A stretch of DNA of 32,000 bases from Nitrosococcus oceani ATCC 19707 (GCF_000012805.1 NC_007484.1:1620001-1652000); one strand, 5' to 3'. Shown: positions 15,767-24,414, counted from the first letter of the stretch. Notes: generated from the sequence alone by a model not told the origin. A program made the numbers and translations.

Positions 15767-17163
15767 AAATATTACCCGAAGAAGCCCCCAATGCCTCTGG
15801 CTATACAGATCCTGAATATATTGGTGATCGTGGGCAGATTGGCAAGGAGGCCGACAAGCTCGCCAAGGATCATAACATTCATCCAAATTATCGCGAGGGT
15901 ATGGCCTATGGTACAGCTATTTATATCTTGCAAAATCTCGATATTTCGGGGACGGTACTGGCCCATGAACTGGGGCATACCTTGGGAGGTGGCGCTGGTG
16001 AAAGAACTGGGCATCTTGATCCTAAAACTGGAGCTGAACTTGATGACACAGATCGTTTGATGAATGGGCAGAATATTAGGAATTCATCTCCCAAAATCAC
16101 GCCTCTTGAAAAAATAATCATGGAATGGACGGCGGAAAAATTCGTGAACCCAAACCTGAGCAAATGTAAGCAGACCTCTAAGAGTTTGATTGGCAATTAT
16201 GGCATGATTGAGGAGGCCAGTATTTCCAATGGTGGAGATGCGATTCTCCTGACAACGCGCTTGTTCGAGCCCCTGGTAATGGAAGGATTATTTCTTGACT
16301 ATCGGCTATCTTTCGATATCGACGGGGATGGCGTGGGTGATCGTATGCTGATCAATACGTATGACGGGGAGGTTTGGAGTTCTCAACTTGAGGGTGTTTC
16401 TCTTGAAGCAGATTCTAAGCCGGCATTGCGATTTTTGCGCCGCCCGGACGGTACCGCCCATGCCATTGCTGCTTCTATACCCAAGGCAATGCTGCAAAAA
16501 AGCCAGGGGATCATCGGCTGGAATATTGTGTTGGAAATTCCGGATTTGGGAATCACTGACTCTCTTCCTTTATTTGGGCAGAGCTGTTCAGGGAAGACAA
16601 GAAAGAGTGCATTGCCGGATTTGAAGGTGTTTAATGGGGATGGGCTGATTTTATCTCCGGTTCGATCCAGCAGAGGGTTTGACTGTTTTGATATCACCAA
16701 TCCCTCGCTGGCCTTGCAGGCTGCCGCTACCGAGGAGCTCATTCCTGTGTTTGCCGGGGACATTTTTGAGCTAGAGGGAAGCTTGGCGGTTTCCAGCACT
16801 TTCTCTGGAGAGGTTGATCTCTATGTGGGTTATCTGCACCCTGAAAGTGGAATTATGAAGGAAGTTTTAGTCAAACACCTCTCCGAAATCCAAGCGGAAA
16901 TGGGTTGGACTGCCTCGGTGCCGGTTCCGCCGGGTTTGGCCCCGGGATTTTATCAGCTTGTTATTACGGCGGTGTGCGAGTTATGCAAGACGGAGACTAC
17001 CGCCTTTGGTCCCATGGTCCGCGTAGGGCAATTTAAGAAACTGCCTGATTTAAATCTCTCTCCCGAACCGTATGGAGGACAATGGGATAGCGGCGAGGGG
17101 GAAAAGGAAATTCTATTAAATTCCAGAGACAAGCTTGAGTTTCAAATGCCCATTTTACGGTAG
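15658..17163 (+). CDS. C-terminal part of the zinc-metalloprotease-like protein (HExxH), frame 2
   Basis: HELGHTLGG motif. There is no ATG or RBS near its 5' end (the only candidate is GTG 15658 inside the upstream ORF), suggesting it continues the upstream ORF. Confidence 0.6.
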   Translation: MFSKPKPVRRIAEDDIKEEVNKATSGQLHCFPVFIVKILPEEAPNASGYTDPEYIGDRGQIGKEADKLAKDHNIHPNYREGMAYGTAIYILQNLDISGTVLAHELGHTLGGGAGERTGHLDPKTGAELDDTDRLMNGQNIRNSSPKITPLEKIIMEWTAEKFVNPNLSKCKQTSKSLIGNYGMIEEASISNGGDAILLTTRLFEPLVMEGLFLDYRLSFDIDGDGVGDRMLINTYDGEVWSSQLEGVSLEADSKPALRFLRRPDGTAHAIAASIPKAMLQKSQGIIGWNIVLEIPDLGITDSLPLFGQSCSGKTRKSALPDLKVFNGDGLILSPVRSSRGFDCFDITNPSLALQAAATEELIPVFAGDIFELEGSLAVSSTFSGEVDLYVGYLHPESGIMKEVLVKHLSEIQAEMGWTASVPVPPGLAPGFYQLVITAVCELCKTETTAFGPMVRVGQFKKLPDLNLSPEPYGGQWDSGEGEKEILLNSRDKLEFQMPILR

Positions 17164-17206
17164 ACGAAAGTAAAGACGCTAATTTCGTTTATTCTACGAG
17201 CAGGAG

Positions 17207-17237
17207 GGCGGCCATCTCAGACAACGGGGTGGCCGCC
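17207..17237 (+). terminator. Hairpin GGCGGCCA-N15-TGGCCGCC after the metalloprotease-like gene
   Basis: 8-bp GC-rich stem read directly, 44 nt after the stop at 17163, followed by AGTTTCTTC. Confidence 0.45.
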
Positions 17238-17293
17238 AGTTTCTTCGATTGAAGAAATTATATGGTGCGGGTCTGGAAATTCAAGGTACGATT

Positions 17294-17324
17294 TTGACAG
17301 AGTGGCTAGGAACAACCCTACAAT
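17294..17324 (+). promoter_or_regulatory. Sigma-70-like promoter TTGACA-N19-TACAAT
   Basis: Consensus -35 hexamer (17294-17299) and near-consensus -10 (17319-17324). The spacer is 19 nt by my count, longer than optimal. Confidence 0.4.
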
Positions 17325-17336
17325 ATTAGGTCTAGC

Positions 17337-17358
17337 GCAGGAACGTTCCTGCTTTTTT
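17337..17358 (+). terminator. Perfect 16-nt palindrome GCAGGAACGTTCCTGC followed by T6 (terminator, attenuator or operator)
   Basis: Read directly. It sits about 10 nt downstream of the putative -10 box and 69 nt upstream of ATG 17427. Confidence 0.5.
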
Positions 17359-17426
17359 GATTTTACGGGGCATCGTTTTGGTGCTATAGAGGCGGCTTCT
17401 ACCCTTTACCCAATGACAGGATTCCA

Positions 17427-17882
17427 ATGGGCACACGCCATACATTTTTATTCGAACCCGCGGTATGGGAAGCGGAGGGAACCTTCTTTGATGCGGCGGG
17501 CCATGCCCTCCGGCTGGAGGGAGAAATGCAGGTGACCCACGCGACACGGGGCTGGCATAGCGAGGGGCGCATGCGCGTGCTAAGCGAGCCGCCATTGGTT
17601 ATTGAAAATCGCTACGATATTATTCCCTTTGCACCAGGGCGTGATACCACTTCATGGATATCGATGAATCCGGTACTGGGAAAACTCTCTGGTCGATTTG
17701 TGTTGGTAGGGGAGATGATCCTTTCCCTGTTTGAAAGCAAAATGGGAGAGCATAAGGGAATGGAGGTATTGGTTAAGCAGGATGATGGGTGCTATCTGGG
17801 GCGGGGGACGGTGCTGGCAAGAGGTGGTAAGGTATCATCGTGGGCGATCACGCTCAGACGCCAGCGTGAGGCGTTAGGATAG
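17427..17882 (+). CDS. Hypothetical protein, 151 aa
   Basis: Intact ORF with plausible composition. No family recognised. Confidence 0.55.
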   Translation: MGTRHTFLFEPAVWEAEGTFFDAAGHALRLEGEMQVTHATRGWHSEGRMRVLSEPPLVIENRYDIIPFAPGRDTTSWISMNPVLGKLSGRFVLVGEMILSLFESKMGEHKGMEVLVKQDDGCYLGRGTVLARGGKVSSWAITLRRQREALG

Positions 17883-18007
17883 AGAGCAAGCTCCTATCAA
17901 AAGACAGGAAAGTAGTTTTGCAGGATTGATGACCTTTGAAATTTCCGTTAGGGTACTTATGCTTGCTATTTTATCTTCTGGAGTAGTGATGCGAGCGCGC
18001 AATACTG

Positions 18008-18916
18008 ATGAACTGGATTAAGCGATTGGAAAGCATTCCCTGGTTTCACAGGGATAAAATCTCGCGCGCATTCTCTATACCCATCTTGTGCTACCACAGT
18101 TGGGTTGCGAAGGGAGATGCCTATCAGGGGAACGACCACGTTGCACTTGAAAGCGATCTGAAGGAGCTGGGCCGTCGTCAGTATCAGGTGATCCCGCTGA
18201 CTACCCTGGTTGGTGTATTGCGCAGTAAAAAGCCCTTAGAATTTCTCACTGATCGTAAGCTGGTTGGGCTTACCTGTGATGATGGCACGGATTTTGATTA
18301 TTATGACTGCAAGGAAGATGAGAACGGTACAGTCTCTAGCCTACATTCCATACTGGAGCGCAGTGAGCAATGGCTTCCCCGGTTCGACGATGGCCCCAGG
18401 GCCGTTTCGTTCGTGATTGCCTCCCGGGAGGCACGCGACATTCTAGATCGCACCTGTTTCAATGGACGTGGTGAATGGCGCGATTCTTGGTGGGCCGAAT
18501 GCGCGGCAAAAAATATTTTGGGTATTGCAAACCATAGTTGGGATCACGTACACGATGGCCTTCCCCTGGTCCGTCAGCGGAACAATAAAAAGGGCTCCTT
18601 CTTCGAGATCGCCACATTTGATGACGCGGAGGGACAGATCGCGGATGCGCAACGGTACCTCTCGGACAAAACGAACGGGAAGGCGCTGCCGCTCTTCTGC
18701 TATCCTTATGGGCACGTTTCACCTTACTTATGTGACGACTATTTCCCTAACCACGGCGTCCGCCTCGGCATTGAAGCGGCTTTTAGCACGGCAGGAGCCT
18801 CGGTACGATCCGATACCAATGTTTGGGACATTCCCCGTTTTGTTTGTGGCTGGCATTGGAAGTCACCTGAGGAATTCTCGGCCCTGCTTGATGCGGTCGA
18901 ACGAGGCGAGCGATGA
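18008..18916 (+). CDS. Polysaccharide deacetylase family (NodB/CE4-like) protein, no signal peptide
   Basis: Motifs LTCDDGTDFDY (DD metal/catalytic motif) and NHSWDHVH (His motif). Paralogous to 19643-20620 (PILCYHSWV versus PILLYHSWV). Confidence 0.8.
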   Translation: MNWIKRLESIPWFHRDKISRAFSIPILCYHSWVAKGDAYQGNDHVALESDLKELGRRQYQVIPLTTLVGVLRSKKPLEFLTDRKLVGLTCDDGTDFDYYDCKEDENGTVSSLHSILERSEQWLPRFDDGPRAVSFVIASREARDILDRTCFNGRGEWRDSWWAECAAKNILGIANHSWDHVHDGLPLVRQRNNKKGSFFEIATFDDAEGQIADAQRYLSDKTNGKALPLFCYPYGHVSPYLCDDYFPNHGVRLGIEAAFSTAGASVRSDTNVWDIPRFVCGWHWKSPEEFSALLDAVERGER

Positions 18917-19602
18917 AATTGCTAGCCACTATGGGGAATAGGATTCCGCCTAGTGTACGGGCGACTTTACGCGACTGGCTTCCACCTATCTTCTTACGTG
19001 CCATTATGCACCGGCTTTACGCCCAGACAGGTAGGGCTATGGATCTACCTAGAACTAGTGTTACCCTTGTTAACATTCATGCTGAAGCAGATGCGGTGCC
19101 AGCAACCGTTTCGGACGTCATCTTCGTTATTGAGGTTGATCAAGCCGAACCATTAGCAGGAGACTTATTTCGTCGACGCTTCAATACCAGCACTTTTCCA
19201 AGCGAGCCCCGCCATTTCGTTGCCTTTTCGAAGCTAAGAGACGGCAGTCTGCTGACGCTGGGATACGTGCACTACACGATGTGGGAGGGTGGTGCGTTGT
19301 GTGGCGGTTTAGTCATAGATGATCGTCATTATCGGCGCGTCGGTGAGGCAAGCCGCAAGGCGATTCGCGAGGCCGGCGGCGTTGCCGAGATATTATTGCG
19401 TGCTAGCTTTGATTTGCTCCCGGATGACTTAACGGCCATTTGGGGCCTCGTCGGCGACAGGCAATCCGAGAAGGTGTGCCTGCGGGTGGGATTTGTCCGA
19501 ACTGAGTCTGACCTTTTAATGGTAGTGTGGCGAGATGGACGGCTAACCGAGGGGCAAAAAGCTGAGTGGATAAAGCGCGCCTCCAAGCTTGGTCCTTTCT
19601 AA
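18913..19602 (+). CDS. Hypothetical protein, 229 aa, translationally coupled to the upstream deacetylase
   Basis: ATGA start/stop overlap at 18913-18916. No confident family; there is possibly a GNAT-like core around GYVHYTMWEGGALCGGLVIDDRHYRR. Confidence 0.55.
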   Translation: MKLLATMGNRIPPSVRATLRDWLPPIFLRAIMHRLYAQTGRAMDLPRTSVTLVNIHAEADAVPATVSDVIFVIEVDQAEPLAGDLFRRRFNTSTFPSEPRHFVAFSKLRDGSLLTLGYVHYTMWEGGALCGGLVIDDRHYRRVGEASRKAIREAGGVAEILLRASFDLLPDDLTAIWGLVGDRQSEKVCLRVGFVRTESDLLMVVWRDGRLTEGQKAEWIKRASKLGPF

Positions 19603-19642
19603 CCGCATGAACTTAGCGGCACGCCTTTCCTCAAAAAATCTG

Positions 19643-20620
19643 TTACTGCCCCGAATTCACCAAGATTTGCTGCAATCCAGCGCCATCCGACCAATCTCGA
19701 CCTCGAACAAACCGACCTAGAGCAAAACGGTTGGATGAGCGGGTGACATAGAGTGGGTCGGTAGAAAAAGCCGCATAAGTTTGGTGCTCCGACCAAAAGT
19801 TTGGGAAATATGTATAGACTAAATATGACGTATAGCCGCCGTAGGGATAGGCAAATAAATCTGGCCAGACTCCTATCTTGCTTGAAATGTAATTTGCGGC
19901 CCCTCTTACCTCGGCATCAGCCGTTTCATAGGTCGACGTCCTTGAGAAATCAGCCGCCCCATTCCAATTCCCGTTCTTATATCCGCCAACTGCCAGAAAT
20001 ACGCCTGTCCTCTGTCCCTTAGAGAAATGAGTGTTCGGCTCTAAGATGGGTCCTTGAATTGCGTTGTGGTCGTGGTCTGTGCTGTGATTATAGATCTCCA
20101 TCAGTCCTGACTGCTGCGCAGCATTCCACCATTCGTCCGTCATTGTTCCTGGAGAAATGATATCTCTTGCGACCGGCGAAGCGATTACGAATGATGCTGC
20201 ATGAGGGGAATACCAGGGCAAATTTGGATGGAGGTTCTTGAAATCCTTTAATACGTTATAGAAACTCTTTGTATAACAGCCGTTAGAAAACGTATCGTAC
20301 CAGTCGCCGTTTTCACCATCGTCAAAAGTAATTCCTACGACTTTATCTGGCAGATATGATCCATCTAAATCGCCAACTGCCCATTTTGCAAGCCAGTAAA
20401 CAGGAACGACGGTGTAGCCTTGCTGATAAAGTAGCTCCAAGTCGGCTTCGAGGCCGATTGATTGGTTGGTAGCTTGAGTGCAACCACTTCTTACCCATGA
20501 ATGGTAGAGTAAAATGGGAACTTTCGCCGAATTATTTAGTGCAAAGGCTGTTGGTGGAATTAAGACTAGGGCGGCCAGAATTGACATTACGATTAATGCG
20601 AAGCGACGAATAACATTCAT
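19643..20620 (-). CDS. Secreted polysaccharide deacetylase family (NodB/CE4-like) protein
   Basis: Signal peptide MNVIRRFALIVMSILAALVLIPPTAFA. Motifs ITFDDGENGDW and YNHSTDHDH. Confidence 0.82.
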   Translation of the reverse strand: MNVIRRFALIVMSILAALVLIPPTAFALNNSAKVPILLYHSWVRSGCTQATNQSIGLEADLELLYQQGYTVVPVYWLAKWAVGDLDGSYLPDKVVGITFDDGENGDWYDTFSNGCYTKSFYNVLKDFKNLHPNLPWYSPHAASFVIASPVARDIISPGTMTDEWWNAAQQSGLMEIYNHSTDHDHNAIQGPILEPNTHFSKGQRTGVFLAVGGYKNGNWNGAADFSRTSTYETADAEVRGAANYISSKIGVWPDLFAYPYGGYTSYLVYTYFPNFWSEHQTYAAFSTDPLYVTRSSNRFALGRFVRGRDWSDGAGLQQILVNSGQ

Positions 20621-20729
20621 ATCAAACTCCTAAATGCTGCGGTTAATGGCTAATGGGTCAGAAAAGCGGAGGCGCGGCTGTGGGGGCTCCAAGCTTTAAC
20701 TCCGCCGCGTTTGACAAGAGAATTCTCGA

Positions 20730-21920
20730 TTAGTGGGAATGCCCGCCTGAAGCCCACTCCGGTAAAAGCACAATGCAATTGGGATTGAATCCTTGGTTTT
20801 TGAGGGTGTCGATTTGCGCTATCGCTTCGCCTTTTGCGAGATCAACCACGGTAATGGAGCCATCACTCATCTCCGGTAGATTGAGGAAGCTATTCTGGAC
20901 AAAAACGTAACGCTCATCAGGCGATAACACTATATGATGGGCACCAGGAGCCGTGGGAATAGCTTTCAGCAGCTCGGGAGCCTGGGGATCGCTGATATCA
21001 AAAATATTCAAATGACCAGGTTGGGCCGTGGTGACAAAAAACCGGTCACCCTTGCGATTGAATTCCAGGGCAAGGGGAACGCCCCGGCCGTGAGGCGCAA
21101 AGTCCGCCACTTGCTGGAAATCGAATACTTTTTTATCCGAATCCCAAACCGCTGTCCAAAGGTTTCCTTCATACATATTGGTGATATAGGCCAGCGGAGG
21201 TTCAGCACCGGGCAGAAAGTGAACCTCGACGGGGGCTGCTCCTGAAGGAGAGGGCTTCATGGAAACCTTATGGGTGGACAGCACTTTCCCTGAACTGGCC
21301 TCAATCGCCGTAATGGTTTCTCCTGGGTCGCCTAAATCCGAGTGCCGGACCGTACTCGTGACTAACAAGCGGTCAAGGTCATCATGGAGGGCGATTCCAT
21401 GGGGATAACGAATAAAGGCTGAGTCTGAAGGTGGAGTCTTGATGGATTTGATAGGCTTATCCGTGCTGGCATTGCCTACGATAACGTTACTAGACCCCAT
21501 ACAGGTGAGATACCAAGTTTGCTTATCTTTGGAGAAGGCCATGTCTTCCAGGACTTTGCATTGGGGAATCTCTACCATTTTCATCCGATAGGGAAACTGG
21601 GTCATGTCCAGGACATGCAAGATGCTTTTTTCTAGGGCGGTTATGTAGATTTTGCTATGGTCTTGGTTATAGTAAAGATGATGGGCCACCAAACCAGGGG
21701 GCAGGGGGATATCCATCAGCATTTTGCCAAAATTGGGTGAATTGGGGTCAACATCGATGATGGCGAGCCCCTCTTTTTGAATGCGCTGCTCTGGTTTTGC
21801 CTCGTAATTGAGCATGGCGAGAATTTCTCCCTGAGCGCGGGGGGCAAACAACATCGGAACTATTAAACTAAGCGTAAGGGCAACAGTGTAAAAAACGGGA
21901 AGAGGGTATCTTTGTTTCAT
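20730..21920 (-). CDS. Secreted beta-propeller protein (YVTN / selenium-binding-protein-56-like repeats)
   Basis: 396 aa with an N-terminal signal sequence. Contains IIDVDPNSPNFGKMLMDIPLP...HHLYYN, reminiscent of SBP56-type proteins. The repetitive strand pattern fits a propeller, and the tail ASGGHSH is His-rich. Confidence 0.65.
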   Translation of the reverse strand: MKQRYPLPVFYTVALTLSLIVPMLFAPRAQGEILAMLNYEAKPEQRIQKEGLAIIDVDPNSPNFGKMLMDIPLPPGLVAHHLYYNQDHSKIYITALEKSILHVLDMTQFPYRMKMVEIPQCKVLEDMAFSKDKQTWYLTCMGSSNVIVGNASTDKPIKSIKTPPSDSAFIRYPHGIALHDDLDRLLVTSTVRHSDLGDPGETITAIEASSGKVLSTHKVSMKPSPSGAAPVEVHFLPGAEPPLAYITNMYEGNLWTAVWDSDKKVFDFQQVADFAPHGRGVPLALEFNRKGDRFFVTTAQPGHLNIFDISDPQAPELLKAIPTAPGAHHIVLSPDERYVFVQNSFLNLPEMSDGSITVVDLAKGEAIAQIDTLKNQGFNPNCIVLLPEWASGGHSH

Positions 21921-21973
21921 AGCAACAAACCTTCTTAGGCCGTGTGTAAAGTGCTCTACCTTTTAACCCATTT

Positions 21974-22177
21974 TTAGTTTGAAATATCGGATTTGTCTTT
22001 ATGGGCTGAGTCAGAGGTAGATAAAATAGATTCTAAATTTAAATCCCGAATAGCCTGTACAGCGCATTCCCACCGGCCTTCAGCGCATAGTCCGCTTATT
22101 CCAGCATTTTCGTAAGCTTCAAGCGCGGCCTCTAAACAGGCGAGTCGAATCGCTTCTGCGACTTTAGTATTATTCAT
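21974..22177 (-). CDS. Small conserved hypothetical protein, 67 aa
   Basis: ORF with ACLEAALEAYENAGISGLCAEGRWECAVQAIRDL, a motif I recall from small proteobacterial proteins of unknown function. Confidence 0.5.
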   Translation of the reverse strand: MNNTKVAEAIRLACLEAALEAYENAGISGLCAEGRWECAVQAIRDLNLESILSTSDSAHKDKSDISN

Positions 22178-22216
22178 AATTAGCTTAGTTTAGTCACTGT
22201 ATCCGATTTTTTATAC

Positions 22217-22277
22217 CTTCACGAGAATTGCAGCGCTATTTGAAGAGGTGAGACTTTTAATTTTGGAGGATCGTCTC
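22217..22277 (+). repeat. Direct repeat copy R1 (~61 bp)
   Basis: Shares exact blocks TTCACGAGAATTGC, ATTTGAAGAGG and AGACTTTT, in the same order and spacing, with 24268-24328. Confidence 0.6.
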
Positions 22278-22573
22278 GTAACAGTACCTAGAGTTAATTC
22301 ACCCGTAAATAGAGAACATTGCAGAAGTGAGGGGACGGTGTTTTGTGAACTTGTTTTTCCTCCCTGAAAAAAGGGTCTGCGGGAATCTTTCTATCCTTTA
22401 GCTCCACACCGCACTCACTGATTAAATACCTAAAAACTTTTGCCGAGGTACTTAGTAGGTACCGGTCATCATGGCTGTGCAGACCGGGAATAATCGGCAA
22501 CAGAGCAACTTTTTTTTAAAACAAATATTTAGTATACTCCTTAAGATATATTCTTCGATGGAAGGCATTATCT

Positions 22574-23035
22574 ATGACTGACATCTCTGTGGCTATCGCG
22601 TTACATGTACTGGGAGTCGTCTGGTGGATCGGCGGCCTAGCGCTGGTGACTACGGTCGTACTGCCGCAATTGCGCAGCGATCCGGTCAACGCCCTGGAGC
22701 GCTTTCACACCATCGAGCGCCGGTTTGCGCCCCAGGTCCGTATAGCGGTGCTGATTGTAGGCGCCTCTGGCGGTTGGCTGCTTTATCGGCTACAACTCTA
22801 CCATGTCCTTAACGAGCCGGCTTTCTGGTGGTTGCCGGCAATGATGGCGTTGTGGACGCTGTTCTTTCTTATGTTATTCATTCTCGGGCCGACCGGCGTG
22901 CTACGCCACATTATGTCTGGTCCGCTAAATGCCGATCTGACGCGCCGGTTGGCGCGCATGCACTTGCTACATACTGTGCTGCTAATTGTGGCGCTCGTTA
23001 TCATTGCGGGTGCTGTGGCAGGCAATCACGGCTGA
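22574..23035 (+). CDS. Integral membrane protein (about 4 TM, CopD-like or DUF-type)
   Basis: 153 aa with four hydrophobic segments. The N-terminus ALHVLGVVWWIGGLALVTTVVLPQL resembles CopD-type helices. Confidence 0.7.
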   Translation: MTDISVAIALHVLGVVWWIGGLALVTTVVLPQLRSDPVNALERFHTIERRFAPQVRIAVLIVGASGGWLLYRLQLYHVLNEPAFWWLPAMMALWTLFFLMLFILGPTGVLRHIMSGPLNADLTRRLARMHLLHTVLLIVALVIIAGAVAGNHG

Positions 23036-23229
23036 GGTTGCTGGGAGCCAAGCGCCGTAGCATCATTGCCGCCTCATTGTCCTCGGCTCCATAGTCCACC
23101 AGCTCGAATAACACATGTGCGCCTATGCCTGCGCCCAAATCCCACGCTGATGACCGATTCATGGAACGCGGGATAGCGGCTATTATTAACAGACCGCGAA
23201 GCGCGAAGAGATCCCACTAACGCGCTCAT
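23001..23229 (-). pseudogene. N-terminal remnant of a class I SAM-dependent methyltransferase (frameshifted, truncated)
   Basis: The minus strand reads ...NNSRYPAFHESVIS in one frame, then AWDLGAGIGAHVLFELVDYGAEDNEAAMMLRRL (motif I DxGxGxG plus acidic post-I) in another. It ends inside the 3' end of the membrane-protein gene. Confidence 0.4.
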
Positions 23230-23289
23230 CACATCTCACATCTTCGCTGAATGCTCTGATCGCCAGCAGCGGATCACGATTATGGTTCC

Positions 23290-23928
23290 CTACGCCGCGT
23301 TATCGCCTGTAATAAGCTCGGTGACATGAATAGTTTCTGGATCATCGGCGTGCTCCAGCAGAAGACGACGGACACGATCCTGCCACGCTTCGGCGAAAGC
23401 AGCGAGCACCTCGGTATCGGCATACCCTTGCAGGACTGCCATGATACGTTTTTGTTGCGCGGCATCCATCGGCACGGTACCCGCATTGAAGCTCACGGCG
23501 ACAGCGGTTCCCGTATCCAGCCGCTTAAAATGTACCGCACCGCCATTAGTCCCGGAAGCTGAGGCGAAATCGAGCAGACTGTTGCGGGCAAACCGCCCAC
23601 CGAGACCTTTGAATCCGCCGCCCCCGGCCGCACCGGTAAGCAGCGTTAGAACCTGGGCCATCACGCCGCTGGTGCCGTCGTGTTCCGGCGCCGGCATTTG
23701 TACTGTGACGCCGCCCCGTTCGGGCAGTGTGTCTGGGTAGAGCGCAGCCAGCGCGGCGCGACCGGTGAGAAATGCTCCCACCACCGTGGGGCAGGAGTGG
23801 CCCGCCAAGCGCACTGCGTCCGCGTAACGATAATCTATGATACCGTCAGCGCTTGCGCCAAGCAGCTGAGCCAGCGGGTCGCGTACGCGCACCACCGGTG
23901 CTTCATCGAAGAAATTTGGAAAACTCAT
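23290..23928 (-). CDS. FmdE family protein (formylmethanofuran dehydrogenase subunit E-like)
   Basis: 212 aa with AVRLAGHSCPTVVGAF (the GHxCP motif) and a Gly-rich LTGAAGGGGFKGLGG segment typical of this family. Confidence 0.82.
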   Translation of the reverse strand: MSFPNFFDEAPVVRVRDPLAQLLGASADGIIDYRYADAVRLAGHSCPTVVGAFLTGRAALAALYPDTLPERGGVTVQMPAPEHDGTSGVMAQVLTLLTGAAGGGGFKGLGGRFARNSLLDFASASGTNGGAVHFKRLDTGTAVAVSFNAGTVPMDAAQQKRIMAVLQGYADTEVLAAFAEAWQDRVRRLLLEHADDPETIHVTELITGDNAA

Positions 23929-24267
23929 GTTATTGTCCCCTAGGATTAGCCGCTTCTTTCGAACTCGACCAGCTCACCTCAGCGGCGTCGCGTTGAGCCA
24001 CCTGCCGGAAAACCGCTTAACCTGATGAGCAGTGGCAGCGCGGACCATGATCGTTGACGAGACAGATGTGCTCGCCGGGAGTGAGCGCGTTCAGAGCGGT
24101 GAAAGTTGCTGTATGCCGAGAGCGGCGGCCGATGCTGCAGGCATCAAAAAGGTAGCTGGCTTGCTGCTCACACTAACAATGGGGGCATGGCCATAAGGCA
24201 TTGTGCCAGCATCCATACCGTTAATACATGTATATTATATGCTATTTATAATGACCGTTCCACAAGC

Positions 24268-24328
24268 TTTCACGAGAATTGCCGTGTCATTTGAAGAGGC
24301 AAGACTTTTTGTTCTGGTAGGTTCTCTC
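24268..24328 (+). repeat. Direct repeat copy R2 (~61 bp)
   Basis: See R1. The offset is exactly 2051 nt, and about three quarters of positions are identical by hand alignment. Confidence 0.6.
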
Positions 24329-24414
24329 ATGATAAATGCTCGCTTTCTTTCGGTAATCATTGATTATCTTCCCATGCTGTGCTAAATAAGAAGTATAATA
24401 AATACGCTTTTCCT

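Noticed and set aside
22217-22232. A sigma-54 promoter look-alike, CTTCACG-N4-TTGCA, in both direct-repeat copies (compare TGGCACG-N4-TTGCA).
   Set aside because: The invariant -24 GG is TT in both copies, so it is unlikely to be an RpoN promoter.
22294-22500. A 68-aa ORF with a faint resemblance (HSHDDRYLLSTS) to the tyrosine-recombinase HxLRH region.
   Set aside because: The match is too weak, there are no other integrase boxes, and the ORF has no RBS. I treat it as non-coding or at most unrecognisable debris.
23150-23178. GACCGATTCATGGAACGCGGGATAGCGGC, resembling the repeat-family core (GAATTCATGGCGAAACGCGGGTAA).
   Set aside because: It lies within the methyltransferase remnant coding sequence and no flanking repeat homology follows. 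The similarity is probably chance or very ancient.
24352-24368. A Fur-box-like sequence, GGTAATCATTGATTATC (palindrome TAATCA-T-TGATTA), upstream of the DUF59 gene.
   Set aside because: Only about half of the 19-bp Fur consensus positions match in any register. It is kept only as an unassigned palindrome.
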